Origin: Candidatus Zixiibacteriota bacterium
GTDB lineage: Bacteria; Zixibacteria; MSB-5A5; UBA10806; 4484-95
Assembly (NCBI GenBank): GCA_021159005.1
Contig: JAGGSN010000078.1
Span: 8,489-72,488 of the forward strand
Direction: 5' to 3'
Length of the DNA stretch: 64,000 nucleotides
Shown: piece by piece, positions 1 through 9,607 of the stretch
Layout of the letters: each line of letters begins with the position of its first letter
Numbering within the stretch: the first letter of the stretch is position 1
Notes under the pieces: model-generated
What the model was told of the DNA's origin: nothing
The model's input: only the letters and a program-made list of their open reading frames with translations
Database searches by the model: none
Program-made: the position numbers and the translations under genes

Positions 1-34
1 TAACATTAAGTACTCTTAAAAGAAATGGTGTCTT

Positions 35-517
35 ATGGAATTAATTGAAGCGAAAATTGGCGGATTAGCGCTTGATATAACTACTAATTCGCCTGTAATA
101 ACACTCAGCCCAACAGATTCGGGAAAAATTCTGCCGATATGGATTGGCCACTATGAGGCATGGGCTATCGGGATGGAGTTGTCCGGAGTGGTTTCCAAAA
201 GACCATTGACGCATGATCTGCTGTATGAGGTTATTAAAAGCATGTCAGGAGAAATCAATAAAATCGCTATAACCGAATTAAAAGACCAAACATTCTACGC
301 CAAAATTTTCATAAAATCCAATGGCGCTACAATTGAGATAGATGCTCGCCCCTCCGACTCGATTGCCTTAGCTCTTAAATCCAAATCGCCAATTTATGTT
401 AACAAAGAACTGTTTCACCTTAAAGATGAAAAAATCACGGGTATCCCCAACCAAGAGTCGCTGCGTGAAAGATTGCGGCGAATAAACCCCGAAGATTTTG
501 GAAAATATAAGCTATGA
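35..517 (+). CDS. Bifunctional-nuclease (BFN/DUF151) domain protein
   Basis: 160-aa ORF. The 'RPSDSIALAL' segment and overall size fit the DUF151/BFN family. A TAA at 1-3 probably ends the upstream gene. Confidence 0.55.
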   Translation: MELIEAKIGGLALDITTNSPVITLSPTDSGKILPIWIGHYEAWAIGMELSGVVSKRPLTHDLLYEVIKSMSGEINKIAITELKDQTFYAKIFIKSNGATIEIDARPSDSIALALKSKSPIYVNKELFHLKDEKITGIPNQESLRERLRRINPEDFGKYKL

Positions 518-602
518 TAATTATCTATCGGGAGAAATGACCGCAATTGTTAGTTAATGTTATTTTATAATAGGTAAAGAATCATTGTTGAGGGTATCAT
601 AA

Positions 603-2390
603 TTGAGAAAAATAATACTAATATTTCTGGTCATTGTCTCTGTTGCCTATTCACAGATACAGCCGGAATCTCCCTATGAGGGATTGAAACAGGCTCTTTA
701 TACTTACAGCCTGGGAAGATATAATGAATCATACAAGCAGTTTAAGGATTTAGCAGAATTTTATATTCTCGATGGTCATCATACGATATTTACCTTTATG
801 GCGGCAAAATCACTTTACAAAAACAGAGAATATGAAAAAGCCCGCCGTGAATTTCAGAGATTTATAAATGAATATCCATCCTCATCATATATTGGAGCCG
901 CCTACCTATATCTTGGGCATATCGCCTATCGAGAAAATAATTTGCTTTCAAGCGCTATAAAATATCTTAAGGCTAATGATATAAACCATAAATCGAAAGC
1001 CGGCATTATCGCCGCCAACAATCTTAAGCCGATGCTTGAAAAGGAGCTTAGCATAAGCGATATCGAATCGCTGGTCGATAATTATCCGCAGGCAGAACTG
1101 GCTGATGAGATAGTCTTTTATCTCGGTAAAAGGCATTGCGATGAGGCAAGATATAAACGAGCTGTTAGGGTTTTCAAAAAGTATATAGATAATTATCCCA
1201 AAGGCAGCTATATTGATAAGGTCAATAAGCTTTATACCGAAGCCGTTGACAAAGCAAACGCCAAAATTACAGTAGGAGTATTAGCACCGTTAACAGGTTC
1301 TTATGCCGATTACGGTTTAAACCTTGTGGAAGGCGTAAAACTTGTATTTGATAATGCGCTTAGTATAGGCAATAAAAAAATAGAATTAATGGTTATTGAC
1401 ACTTATGGTTCGCCGGTTTATGCAACTAAAGCCGTTAAAACATTAATACAGGAAGAACCGGTGGCAATAATTGGTCCTTTGCGGTCGGAATCAGCGGTTG
1501 GCGCCGCTATTGTAGCTGGTTATAGCGGCATTCCGCTTATTACTCCTACTGCCTCCGAAAAGGGAATAACCGAACTCGGCAATAATATCTATCAGATTTC
1601 ACCATCCGCAGAAATTATTGCTGCTGCTTTAGCTGAATATGCAATGAAGGATTTAGGCATCAAAAACTTTGGCATTATTGCACCCGGCGATTTTACCGGT
1701 CGTCAGGTTTCAAAAGCATTCTCGCAGAAAGTGTATCAACTCGGCGGGGAAGTTTTATCAAATACTTTTTATGAAATCGGCCAAACCGATTATTCCAATC
1801 AGATTAAGCCGCTGCGTGAAATATTATTGATGAAAACCGAAGAACAGCTTGCTATGGAAGAAATTGACTCAACCGAGTATTACGATCTCGATAAGGAAGA
1901 ATGGCTTGAACAGGATGACTGGCGGGTATATCTTGGCGGGTTGTTCCTACCGGGTTATGCCGAAGAACTCTCATTGCTGGTTCCTCAAATAAGGTATCAT
2001 GTTATCTCAACAAAATATTTTGGCCTCGATGGATGGGATTCAAAAGCACTTATGAATAAAATCGATCGCTACATCGAGGGCGCTGTTTTCGCCACTGATT
2101 ACCATCCGGGTTCGGAGGGAAGCGCTTGGGATAAGTTTTATATAATGTATTATCAGAAATATAATCGGGAACCAGGCCGAGTTTCCGCTCTTGCTTATGA
2201 TGCGGCTAATTTAATCAAACTTGCCATTCAGGGCGGAGCATATACTCCTGAAGGCGTTAATGATTTCCTAAGCTCGCTGAAAAATTATAATGGCGCCAGT
2301 TGCATCATCAATTTTAAATCATCGAACAACGCCAATAACGCAGTCAGCATCTATCAAATTATGGATGAGGATATTGTTCAGATTAAATGA
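603..2390 (+). CDS. Secreted TPR-repeat protein fused to a type-I periplasmic binding domain (LivK/LpoA-like)
   Basis: TTG start with an N-terminal signal peptide. The N-terminal half is TPR-like. The C-terminal half resembles branched-chain amino-acid-type periplasmic binding proteins ('GVLAPLTGSYADYG', 'IGPLRSESAV'). Architecture resembles LpoA. Confidence 0.5.
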   Translation: MRKIILIFLVIVSVAYSQIQPESPYEGLKQALYTYSLGRYNESYKQFKDLAEFYILDGHHTIFTFMAAKSLYKNREYEKARREFQRFINEYPSSSYIGAAYLYLGHIAYRENNLLSSAIKYLKANDINHKSKAGIIAANNLKPMLEKELSISDIESLVDNYPQAELADEIVFYLGKRHCDEARYKRAVRVFKKYIDNYPKGSYIDKVNKLYTEAVDKANAKITVGVLAPLTGSYADYGLNLVEGVKLVFDNALSIGNKKIELMVIDTYGSPVYATKAVKTLIQEEPVAIIGPLRSESAVGAAIVAGYSGIPLITPTASEKGITELGNNIYQISPSAEIIAAALAEYAMKDLGIKNFGIIAPGDFTGRQVSKAFSQKVYQLGGEVLSNTFYEIGQTDYSNQIKPLREILLMKTEEQLAMEEIDSTEYYDLDKEEWLEQDDWRVYLGGLFLPGYAEELSLLVPQIRYHVISTKYFGLDGWDSKALMNKIDRYIEGAVFATDYHPGSEGSAWDKFYIMYYQKYNREPGRVSALAYDAANLIKLAIQGGAYTPEGVNDFLSSLKNYNGASCIINFKSSNNANNAVSIYQIMDEDIVQIK

Positions 2391-3196
2391 ATAGTAAAAA
2401 AGAAAATAAGTTAACTGAGATTATTAAAGAATTAGACTCGGCAGTAATTGGATTATCCGGCGGAGTTGACTCAACGCTGATAACTAAATTTTGCATCGAT
2501 TGCCTTGGTCCCGAAAATGTTTGGGCGGCAACCGGCGATTCGAAATCGATACCGGCAGAAGAATTGGAATACTGCAGGAAAATAGCAGACGAGTTAAACC
2601 TGCCGGAAGGTCATTTTAAATTAATTGCAACGGATGAACTCGATAACCCGGACTATGCCGCTAATCCTGAAAACAGATGTTATTTCTGCAAGCAAGAACT
2701 ATTCGGCAAGCTGGCTGAATATGCCAAAGAAGTCGGCGCGAAACATATAGTCGATGGTTCAAACGCCTCCGATTTGAATGATTATCGTCCTGGAAGGCGC
2801 GCTGGAAAAGAGCTTCAAGTGCGGTCGCCATTTGCCGAAGCCGGCATAAATAAAGATGATATTCGTACACTGGCAAAGAAACTTGGCTTGCCAAACTGGG
2901 ATAAACCATCCATGCCATGCTTGTCATCAAGGATACCTTATAATTCGCCGGTAACGCCTGAAAAATTAGAGCAGATTGCCGCTGCCGAAAAGTATTTACG
3001 AGAACTCGGCTTCAAACAATTTCGGGTGCGCCATCACGGCCAAATCGCCCGGCTGGAGATTGATGATTTTAACTTGATATTAAAAAACGGCTTGAGGAAT
3101 AAAATTAACAGCGAATTGAAAAAACTTGGCTTCGATTATATTGCGATTGACCTTGGGGGATTTCGTTCCGGTAATTTAAATATTAATATAAGATGA
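2387..3196 (+). CDS. larE: PP-loop ATPase of the LarE / TIGR00268 family (ATP-dependent sulfur transferase)
   Basis: PP-loop motif 'SGGVDS' near the N-terminus, Cys-containing 'CYFCK', and about 270 aa in length. Start overlaps the upstream stop by 4 nt. Confidence 0.6.
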   Translation: MNSKKENKLTEIIKELDSAVIGLSGGVDSTLITKFCIDCLGPENVWAATGDSKSIPAEELEYCRKIADELNLPEGHFKLIATDELDNPDYAANPENRCYFCKQELFGKLAEYAKEVGAKHIVDGSNASDLNDYRPGRRAGKELQVRSPFAEAGINKDDIRTLAKKLGLPNWDKPSMPCLSSRIPYNSPVTPEKLEQIAAAEKYLRELGFKQFRVRHHGQIARLEIDDFNLILKNGLRNKINSELKKLGFDYIAIDLGGFRSGNLNINIR

Positions 3197-3206
3197 AAGG
3201 ATTAAA

Positions 3207-3575
3207 ATGGCTGATTCAGACAAACAAATTGCAATTACAGGTACTGTAAACAAAGAAAAAAGAGAACTGGCTCTAAATAAGAATATTCAGATTCCTGATG
3301 AGGCTATTCCTCCGGGATTAGCGGTTACGGCTACTGTTGAGGGTCATCATTTGCACCTATCTTTTAATGAGGACATAGCCTTAGTGGTAGTTTCCGGCGA
3401 GAAAAAACGGACAATTACTTTTAAGGAATTGACCCTGTCGAACAAATTTGCTTTAGAGGCATTGGTTATGCTTTTGGTGGAAAAGAAAGTTATCGATGCC
3501 AAAGAACTTGAAAAAACAATGGACAACGTGCGCAAATCTCATTTTCATGGCGCGCCGGAAGCTAAAAATGAATAA
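3207..3575 (+). CDS. Hypothetical protein
   Basis: 122-aa ORF immediately after larE. No recognisable motif. Confidence 0.35.
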   Translation: MADSDKQIAITGTVNKEKRELALNKNIQIPDEAIPPGLAVTATVEGHHLHLSFNEDIALVVVSGEKKRTITFKELTLSNKFALEALVMLLVEKKVIDAKELEKTMDNVRKSHFHGAPEAKNE

Positions 3576-3593
3576 ATAGCCTGCTGAGAGAAA

Positions 3594-4010
3594 ATGGAAA
3601 CGCTTACTTGGATATCGCATCCCGCTAAGAGAAGAAAAAAAGCAACGGTATTAACGCTTATATTTATGCATGCCGTGTTTGTGATGGTTTATGTTATAAC
3701 CAGTTCTATAGCAATGGTCGTATTGGCTGGCTTGATATTTATAGGAACTTTATCAACCTATTTCTTCCCTACCAGATATGAGATATCCAAAGACAAAGTG
3801 AAAGTGAAATATCTATTAACAAAAATTGAGAAAGACTTGAAGGTTTTTCGTTCATTTTATTCTGATAAAAACGGAGTGCTGTTATCACCCTTTCTTTCAC
3901 CATCGCGATTAGAGAATTTCCGTGGTTTATACGTGCGGTATCATAATAATAAAGAAGAAGTTGACTCATTTGTAAAAAAGATTTTTGAGGAAAGAGAAAA
4001 TGAGTCATAA
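3594..4010 (+). CDS. Hypothetical membrane protein (two TM segments, possible bacterial PH-like fold)
   Basis: Hydrophobic N-terminal helices followed by a soluble tail. Confidence 0.35.
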   Translation: METLTWISHPAKRRKKATVLTLIFMHAVFVMVYVITSSIAMVVLAGLIFIGTLSTYFFPTRYEISKDKVKVKYLLTKIEKDLKVFRSFYSDKNGVLLSPFLSPSRLENFRGLYVRYHNNKEEVDSFVKKIFEERENES

Positions 4011-4491
4011 GCAATTTTTTGATGCGCCGGGTGGAAAAAAACCGGACGATAACACTAAACCCACTCCCGATGAGCAGGAATTATTAAACAATTTTGCTGA
4101 ATGGATTGTCAAGAAAGGCTTGACCGTACCGGCAATCATGTTCTTTGAAATGTCTAAACCGCTAAACTGGATCGGTTCGCAGGCGATGTTAGTCGCTGAA
4201 CCGGCCGCTTGGGCGTTAGCTCCCTTTTTGCAGGCTTTTTTCGGGTTGAGACATGAAGATTATTTAAAGTTTCAAAAATTGATGGAAAAACGCCACAGTA
4301 TGGAAAGTTTTATCTTAACGATAGAAAATTATGATGCGGAAGCTAAAATAAAAGAAAAAGAGATAAAAAAGAAATACAAAGCTGAAAAGAAAGAATTAAA
4401 AGCTAAGAAGAAAGCAAAACGTAAGAAATTTTTCCGCAAGGTTCTCAATAAAAAAGATGCGGATGATTTTAATAATCTCTCAAACAATTAA
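3985..4491 (+). CDS. Hypothetical protein with a Lys-rich C-terminal tail
   Basis: 168-aa ORF with a central hydrophobic segment and a KKxK-rich C-terminus. Confidence 0.35.
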   Translation: MRKEKMSHKQFFDAPGGKKPDDNTKPTPDEQELLNNFAEWIVKKGLTVPAIMFFEMSKPLNWIGSQAMLVAEPAAWALAPFLQAFFGLRHEDYLKFQKLMEKRHSMESFILTIENYDAEAKIKEKEIKKKYKAEKKELKAKKKAKRKKFFRKVLNKKDADDFNNLSNN

Positions 4492-4535
4492 TTAATTGCA
4501 AAACGTAATTATTTTCAGTATACCATAATAATACT

Positions 4536-5465
4536 ATGATAAATGTTTTTTTAAACCTGCTGATAATAGCAGTTTGCGGTGTTGGTTTATGGTGGAGTGC
4601 CAATCTTGTTGTTGATGGCTCCACAAATATTGCTCGCAAGCTGGGCATTTCCAATCTGGCTATAGGATTGACAGTTATCGCTTTTGGCACCTCGGCACCG
4701 GAATTCGCGGTTACTGCAATAGCGGCAATCAAAGGTCAGGGGGATATATCAGTTAGCAATGTTGTCGGCTCAAATTTCTTAAATCTCGGCCTTGTGCTGG
4801 GGTCAGTTGCTTTATTTCGCGCTATCCCAACGACACAGGTAAAAGCTCGCCGCGAGGGAGCAATATTAATAGGCGGGACATTGCTTTTTATAATGCTGAT
4901 GGCCGATTTTAAAATGGCTCGCTGGGAGGGATTTTTATTTTTGGCCTTGTTGATTGCCTACATACTTTATATGTTTTTCAGTAGTTCGGCAAACCAGGAA
5001 AAGATACCGGAAGGTGAATTTAAATACTTGGATGTGATCAAACTTATCGGCGGTTTGGTCATTATTCTTGTCAGCAGCAATTATCTCGTTGAAGCCGCTG
5101 TTGTGCTTGCTCGTCAGATTGGCATATCCGAATGGATGATTGGCGAGACGATTGTCGCCTTGGGAACATCTCTTCCGGAACTGGCTACATCTTTGGCGGC
5201 TGTTATTCGCGGCAATTACGGCTTATCCATAGGCAATTTAATAGGCAGCAATCTATTCAATCTCTTTGGCGTACTTGGTCTGGCGGCGATTCTTCGTCCG
5301 ATGACTATAGACCAAGATGCTTTCAGCCATCTAATCTGGCTGCTGGCTTTTATGGTCTTAGTAGTTATATTTATTAGAACGAACAGAAAAATCAGTCGTC
5401 TTAAGGGCGCAGTGTTGATATTGATTAATGCGGCGGTTTGGGTCAAAGGGTTTTTAGAACACTAA
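4536..5465 (+). CDS. Ca2+/Na+ antiporter of the CaCA family (YrbG-like)
   Basis: Two alpha-repeat signature motifs, 'GTSAPEF' and 'GTSLPELATS'. About 10 TM segments. Confidence 0.8.
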   Translation: MINVFLNLLIIAVCGVGLWWSANLVVDGSTNIARKLGISNLAIGLTVIAFGTSAPEFAVTAIAAIKGQGDISVSNVVGSNFLNLGLVLGSVALFRAIPTTQVKARREGAILIGGTLLFIMLMADFKMARWEGFLFLALLIAYILYMFFSSSANQEKIPEGEFKYLDVIKLIGGLVIILVSSNYLVEAAVVLARQIGISEWMIGETIVALGTSLPELATSLAAVIRGNYGLSIGNLIGSNLFNLFGVLGLAAILRPMTIDQDAFSHLIWLLAFMVLVVIFIRTNRKISRLKGAVLILINAAVWVKGFLEH

Positions 5466-5534
5466 TACTGCTGTAATTATCAACGAATTAAAATCACTAC
5501 TGTCCGGAATTATGTGAACATATAGCGTTAAGAA

Positions 5535-5766
5535 CACACCCCTGACCCCCTCTCAAGAGGGGAATAAAAAATGTTGGCGTACGAGGACGTACTCCAACCA
5601 CTTTAATCTCTCTCAAGAGGGGAATAATATCTGCGTCAACACGATATATGATTATGCAATTTAAAAGTCCCCCGTAATTGGCGAGGGATTTAGGGTTCCA
5701 TGTCAACCCTCATTTGCGGGATGTTATCAAAGCCCCCCCTCTTGAGAGAGAATTTAGGGGTGTGTT
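5535..5766. repeat. MITE-like composite repeat with inverted ends (families A and B)
   Basis: Left end 'ACACACCCCTGACCCCCTCTCAAGAGGGGAATAA' (5535-5567). A second direct copy lies at 5607-5628. An inverted copy at 5733-5766 reads 'AACACACCCCTAAATTCTCTCTCAAGAGGGG' as its reverse complement. It encloses a family-B palindrome 'GTTGGCGTACGAGGACGTACTCCAAC' (5574-5600). Confidence 0.6.
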
Positions 5767-5895
5767 GACAGTTGTAAAAATAATAAAACAATTATCTTAT
5801 ATGTTTTTTTTCTGTGAGGTTATTTTTTACCAAAATGTGTAATGACATTGATTAATCACAATGCCTTAAATGATAATCACTGCTATTATAAAATT

Positions 5896-5930
5896 CCAAC
5901 CTGCCTGCCGGCGGGCATGGCTGCAAAATC
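5896..5930. repeat. Dispersed repeat family D (reverse orientation)
   Basis: Exact reverse complement of 'GATTTTGCAGCCATGCCCGCCGGCAGGCAGGTTGG' at 33141-33175. A third copy lies at 61257-61289. Confidence 0.7.
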
Positions 5931-6113
5931 TAAGTTTATATAACACCTTATATTTTATGCAGAATTCCTGCCATTATTTAATAGCAAAAATACAAAACAA
6001 TTCAATTGTTTTCAAAATGAAACCCTTAACCTTAATCAATATATTTTTTAGCCGAATAAATATATATTACAATTTAATCATCTTAAAAAAGAAATCCCAC
6101 CACAGGAGGATTA

Positions 6114-7388
6114 ATGCTATCATCAAACGTAGGAAGATTAACAACAACAAAGATATATGTAGGCACGCTTTTTATATCGATTCTTTCGTTTTTCACAACC
6201 TTTAAAGGCTTATGCATAATACTATCATGGGAATTAGCCTTGCTTGGTTCCTTGGGCATTCAAACAGCGATGTTGGGAATTGCTTGGAATCTGATAAAAA
6301 TCAAGGAAGACCGCAAAAATTATGTCATAGCTTTCTCGGTGGCGGCGATTTTTTCCATTTTCTTTTCCTATGCAAACTTCGATACAAATCTGAAAGCCAA
6401 CACCAGACCCCGTGAAGCCCGAAGCGCCTATTATGAAGCGGTCAGACCAGTATTATCAGAATATGCCTCAATTACTAAAAACGCCGCTATCAAAGCCCGC
6501 TATCAATGTAATCGCCTTAACAGCTTAATCAATATGGAAGAAGAAAAAGGTTGGTCAACAATCATTGATGAGGGCAGTCAGGATAAGTTTCTGCAGTCAA
6601 TCATTGATGGCGCCAGGTTGACAGTTGAATCATGGAAACAATCAACCGGCACAGATTATCGTCAAGGGAAAGGCCGGGGTATAATAATCAATTATCTCGA
6701 AAGCAGGCAAAGTCAATCAGAAACCAATCTTAAATACATCGAGAGCTATATCTATTTACTTGATTCTCTTACATTAAGCCTGACAACACATATGACAGTA
6801 ACCGATCAATATAATATCGTTAATAAGGCTTATGTAAATCTCCCCATAAGCGTTGTTAGCATTATAAATTATGACGAAGGGCTTCATGGAATTTCAACGC
6901 CGCCTTCAATCAGCGTTTATACCGAAAAGCCCGCTAATACTCAACAGGCTTTAATGCTGGTAATTAACGACTTGTTTCACATGGATAGACTGGCATTCTT
7001 ATCGCTTATGCTGGCAATAGCCATCGACTTTATTGTTATTCTTATAGCCTTTGCAGGCAGTCACATAATGGCTAAATCTGATTTTATGCTTGAGAAAATC
7101 AAAGGAGATACCGCTAAACGTCTAAAAAGTATTAAACTTGAGGATACTGAAAAATTCAACAAGGTACTTGAGAGCAATCTCGAAATTTATAAAAAAGCCG
7201 CCCAGTATGGCAAAGATATATCAACGATTACCGATTATTACCAGAATTCGAGAAATAGCGGCAATTCCGGTTCAAGAAATAAATCTGTCTCTATTAAATA
7301 TGCCGGTCCGGGCAGTAAGCCATTTATAGCAAAAGAAAAATCGAGATTGGAAAAATGGTTAAAATCATCCAAACAACATATAGAATAA
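6114..7388 (+). CDS. Hypothetical polytopic membrane protein (orphan)
   Basis: 424-aa ORF with a strong RBS (AGGAGGA). It has TM helices at the N-terminus and again mid-protein. The 250 bp upstream is extremely AT-rich. No recognisable domain. Confidence 0.5.
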   Translation: MLSSNVGRLTTTKIYVGTLFISILSFFTTFKGLCIILSWELALLGSLGIQTAMLGIAWNLIKIKEDRKNYVIAFSVAAIFSIFFSYANFDTNLKANTRPREARSAYYEAVRPVLSEYASITKNAAIKARYQCNRLNSLINMEEEKGWSTIIDEGSQDKFLQSIIDGARLTVESWKQSTGTDYRQGKGRGIIINYLESRQSQSETNLKYIESYIYLLDSLTLSLTTHMTVTDQYNIVNKAYVNLPISVVSIINYDEGLHGISTPPSISVYTEKPANTQQALMLVINDLFHMDRLAFLSLMLAIAIDFIVILIAFAGSHIMAKSDFMLEKIKGDTAKRLKSIKLEDTEKFNKVLESNLEIYKKAAQYGKDISTITDYYQNSRNSGNSGSRNKSVSIKYAGPGSKPFIAKEKSRLEKWLKSSKQHIE

Positions 7389-7619
7389 ATTCACAATGGA
7401 TTGATTTGCTGATTAGCGTATTATCTGATTTTCAAATTATAATAAGGATATTTTACTTAAGATTTCCTCTGAGTTTTTGGGTAATTAATTATGAAATTTA
7501 CTCTGACTAAATGTGTATTAAAACTGTGAAAAACCAGCATGAAATTTAAGCATTTTTTACTTCAAAGTATTAATTCATTCAAGTTCTTGTCGATAAAATA
7601 TTTAGTATAGGTTATAATT

Positions 7620-9248
7620 ATGAGCATAACAAAAATACAATTATTCAAACAAGTGCCGCTGTTTTCCGGAATTCCAAAGGAATTATTCAACCATCTGATA
7701 AAAGTAGTAAGCGAACGCACTCTTCCTGCCGGGGAAATATTGTTTTCTGAAGGCGATACAGGTAAAACATTTTATATCATTAAATCAGGTAAAATTGATA
7801 TCCTAAAAAACGACTCCGCTTCAAATAATGAGATTAAGCTGGCAACTCGCGGTGAAGGTGATTTTTTTGGAGAGATGGCGCTTCTGGAAAGTTCCCCAAG
7901 GTTTGCTACAGCCAAAGCAATCAAAAAAACTGTTGTTTTGGAACTATCGCGAAAAAATTTCAGAAAAATAATTGCCGAATATCCATCAATTGCCTTAGAA
8001 ATAATGAGCGAATTATCCTCACGGTTGCGTCAGGCCGACCTTCAATCGATTCGCGACCTTCAAAGGAAAAAAGAACAGCTTGAAAAGTCTAATAAAAAAT
8101 TACTACAAACTACTCAGGAACTGAAAAAATCAAACGAAAGCATACAATCAGCCAACAAATTTCTGGAAACGATTATTTCCGCCTCGCAATTTTTTATAGT
8201 TGTTACCGACAATCAAGGTAAAATATTTATATTTAACGATGCCGCTAAAAAAGTTTTCAACATCATTTTTAGTGATATTGCCTGGTCAAATATCGATTCT
8301 GTTCTTAAGCCGGTTGGGAATAGCAATCTGCTTTCGGAAATCGAGAAAAATCTCGCCGAGGGAAAAACCTGGTCGGGCGATGTTTTAAATTTGACTCAAG
8401 ATAATAAAAAACAATTTATTGAACTTGTTGGAGCCAGAGTATTCGATGAAAAAGGGGACACTTTCGCATCTCTTTATATGGGGCGGGATATTACCGAGGA
8501 AAAGAATGTTGAACGCCAGATGATATTCCTCGACCGGATGGCTAGCAGAGGCGAAATGGCTGGGGAAATAGCCCATGAGTTAAACAATTTCCTTGCGGTT
8601 GTAATGGGAAATCTTGAGCTGCTTCAAATGGAAATTCAAATGAGCAAAACCGATAAAGCTTTGAAAAAAATCAATTCCATGCAAGGCGGGCTCGATAAAA
8701 TAAGAAAATTCGCGGATAGTTTGATGATGTATTCAAGTCCGGATTTGAAAAAAGAGGAATTCGATATTCATTCGTTTTTTGAAAATGAGCTATTCTTCAT
8801 TAAAGCCCACAGTCGTTTTGATAATATCAAAATTGTCTTTGATTTTGCTAAAAGCATGCCTTTAATAACCGCTGATAAAAGCCAGATTCAACAGGTATTA
8901 ATAAATCTGCTAAACAACGCCGCTGATGCCGCTGAAAATTTGCCTGATAGAAAAAGCAAGATTGTAGTTAAAACACTTTACCAGCCGAATGATAATTCAA
9001 TAATTATTTCAGTTACCGATAACGGAGTAGGTTTTGTCGATGATAGCCTTGATAAAGTATTCAGGCAGCATTTTACAACTAAAGAAAGAGGACATGGATT
9101 TGGTCTTCTGGCGGTAAAGAGGGTCGTTAAGAACCATGCCGGCAAGGTCTGGGCTGAAAATAACCCCGAAGGCGGGGCTATATTTTATATTCAATTACCG
9201 ATAAACTCCGAAGAAGTAAAATCAGCTATTCCATCTAATGTAAGCTAA
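7620..9248 (+). CDS. Cyclic-nucleotide-binding domain / PAS / sensor histidine kinase
   Basis: N-terminal CAP-like cNMP-binding fold ('FGEMALLES..PRFATAKA'), a coiled coil, a PAS-like segment, H-box 'EIAHELNNFLAVV', N-box 'LINLLNNAADA', G1 'DNGVGF' and G2 'GHGFGL'. Confidence 0.8.
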   Translation: MSITKIQLFKQVPLFSGIPKELFNHLIKVVSERTLPAGEILFSEGDTGKTFYIIKSGKIDILKNDSASNNEIKLATRGEGDFFGEMALLESSPRFATAKAIKKTVVLELSRKNFRKIIAEYPSIALEIMSELSSRLRQADLQSIRDLQRKKEQLEKSNKKLLQTTQELKKSNESIQSANKFLETIISASQFFIVVTDNQGKIFIFNDAAKKVFNIIFSDIAWSNIDSVLKPVGNSNLLSEIEKNLAEGKTWSGDVLNLTQDNKKQFIELVGARVFDEKGDTFASLYMGRDITEEKNVERQMIFLDRMASRGEMAGEIAHELNNFLAVVMGNLELLQMEIQMSKTDKALKKINSMQGGLDKIRKFADSLMMYSSPDLKKEEFDIHSFFENELFFIKAHSRFDNIKIVFDFAKSMPLITADKSQIQQVLINLLNNAADAAENLPDRKSKIVVKTLYQPNDNSIIISVTDNGVGFVDDSLDKVFRQHFTTKERGHGFGLLAVKRVVKNHAGKVWAENNPEGGAIFYIQLPINSEEVKSAIPSNVS

Positions 9249-9251
9249 GTT

Positions 9252-9602
9252 ATGGATATACTGTTTTTCCTAATATTAGGACATTTCTGCGGCGATTACG
9301 CTTTTCAGTCTGACCGCATGGCTGAACGCAAAAAATCGTCTTTAATAATACTATCATATCATGTAATAGTATATACTATTTGTATCGGGGCATTTTTCGT
9401 GTTCTATTCGCTGTTATATTATCCGGGGTTGTTTTATCAAACTGCCACCTTATTATTTTTAGGAATATTATATATTGAGCACTGGGTACAGGATTTCATT
9501 AAGAACCGTAATGAAACCTGCTCGAAACAAAACTATTATATCGATCAGATGATACACATTGCTGTTTTATATTTTTATCGAATTTTTATATATTCTGGTT
9601 AA
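9252..9602 (+). CDS. Small integral membrane protein (DUF3307-like)
   Basis: 116 aa with three hydrophobic helices. Lies between the histidine kinase and the cyclase gene. Confidence 0.4.
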   Translation: MDILFFLILGHFCGDYAFQSDRMAERKKSSLIILSYHVIVYTICIGAFFVFYSLLYYPGLFYQTATLLFLGILYIEHWVQDFIKNRNETCSKQNYYIDQMIHIAVLYFYRIFIYSG

Positions 9603-9607
9603 TCAAG

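Noticed and set aside
5465-5870. Possible CRISPR array, because of closely spaced repeated hairpins
   Set aside because: There are only two or three copies. Spacing is irregular, one copy is inverted, and no cas genes are present. The same units recur singly elsewhere. These are REP/MITE-like dispersed repeats.
6212-6415. 67-aa plus-strand ORF
   Set aside because: It lies fully inside the longer ORF 6114-7388 in another frame. No independent support.
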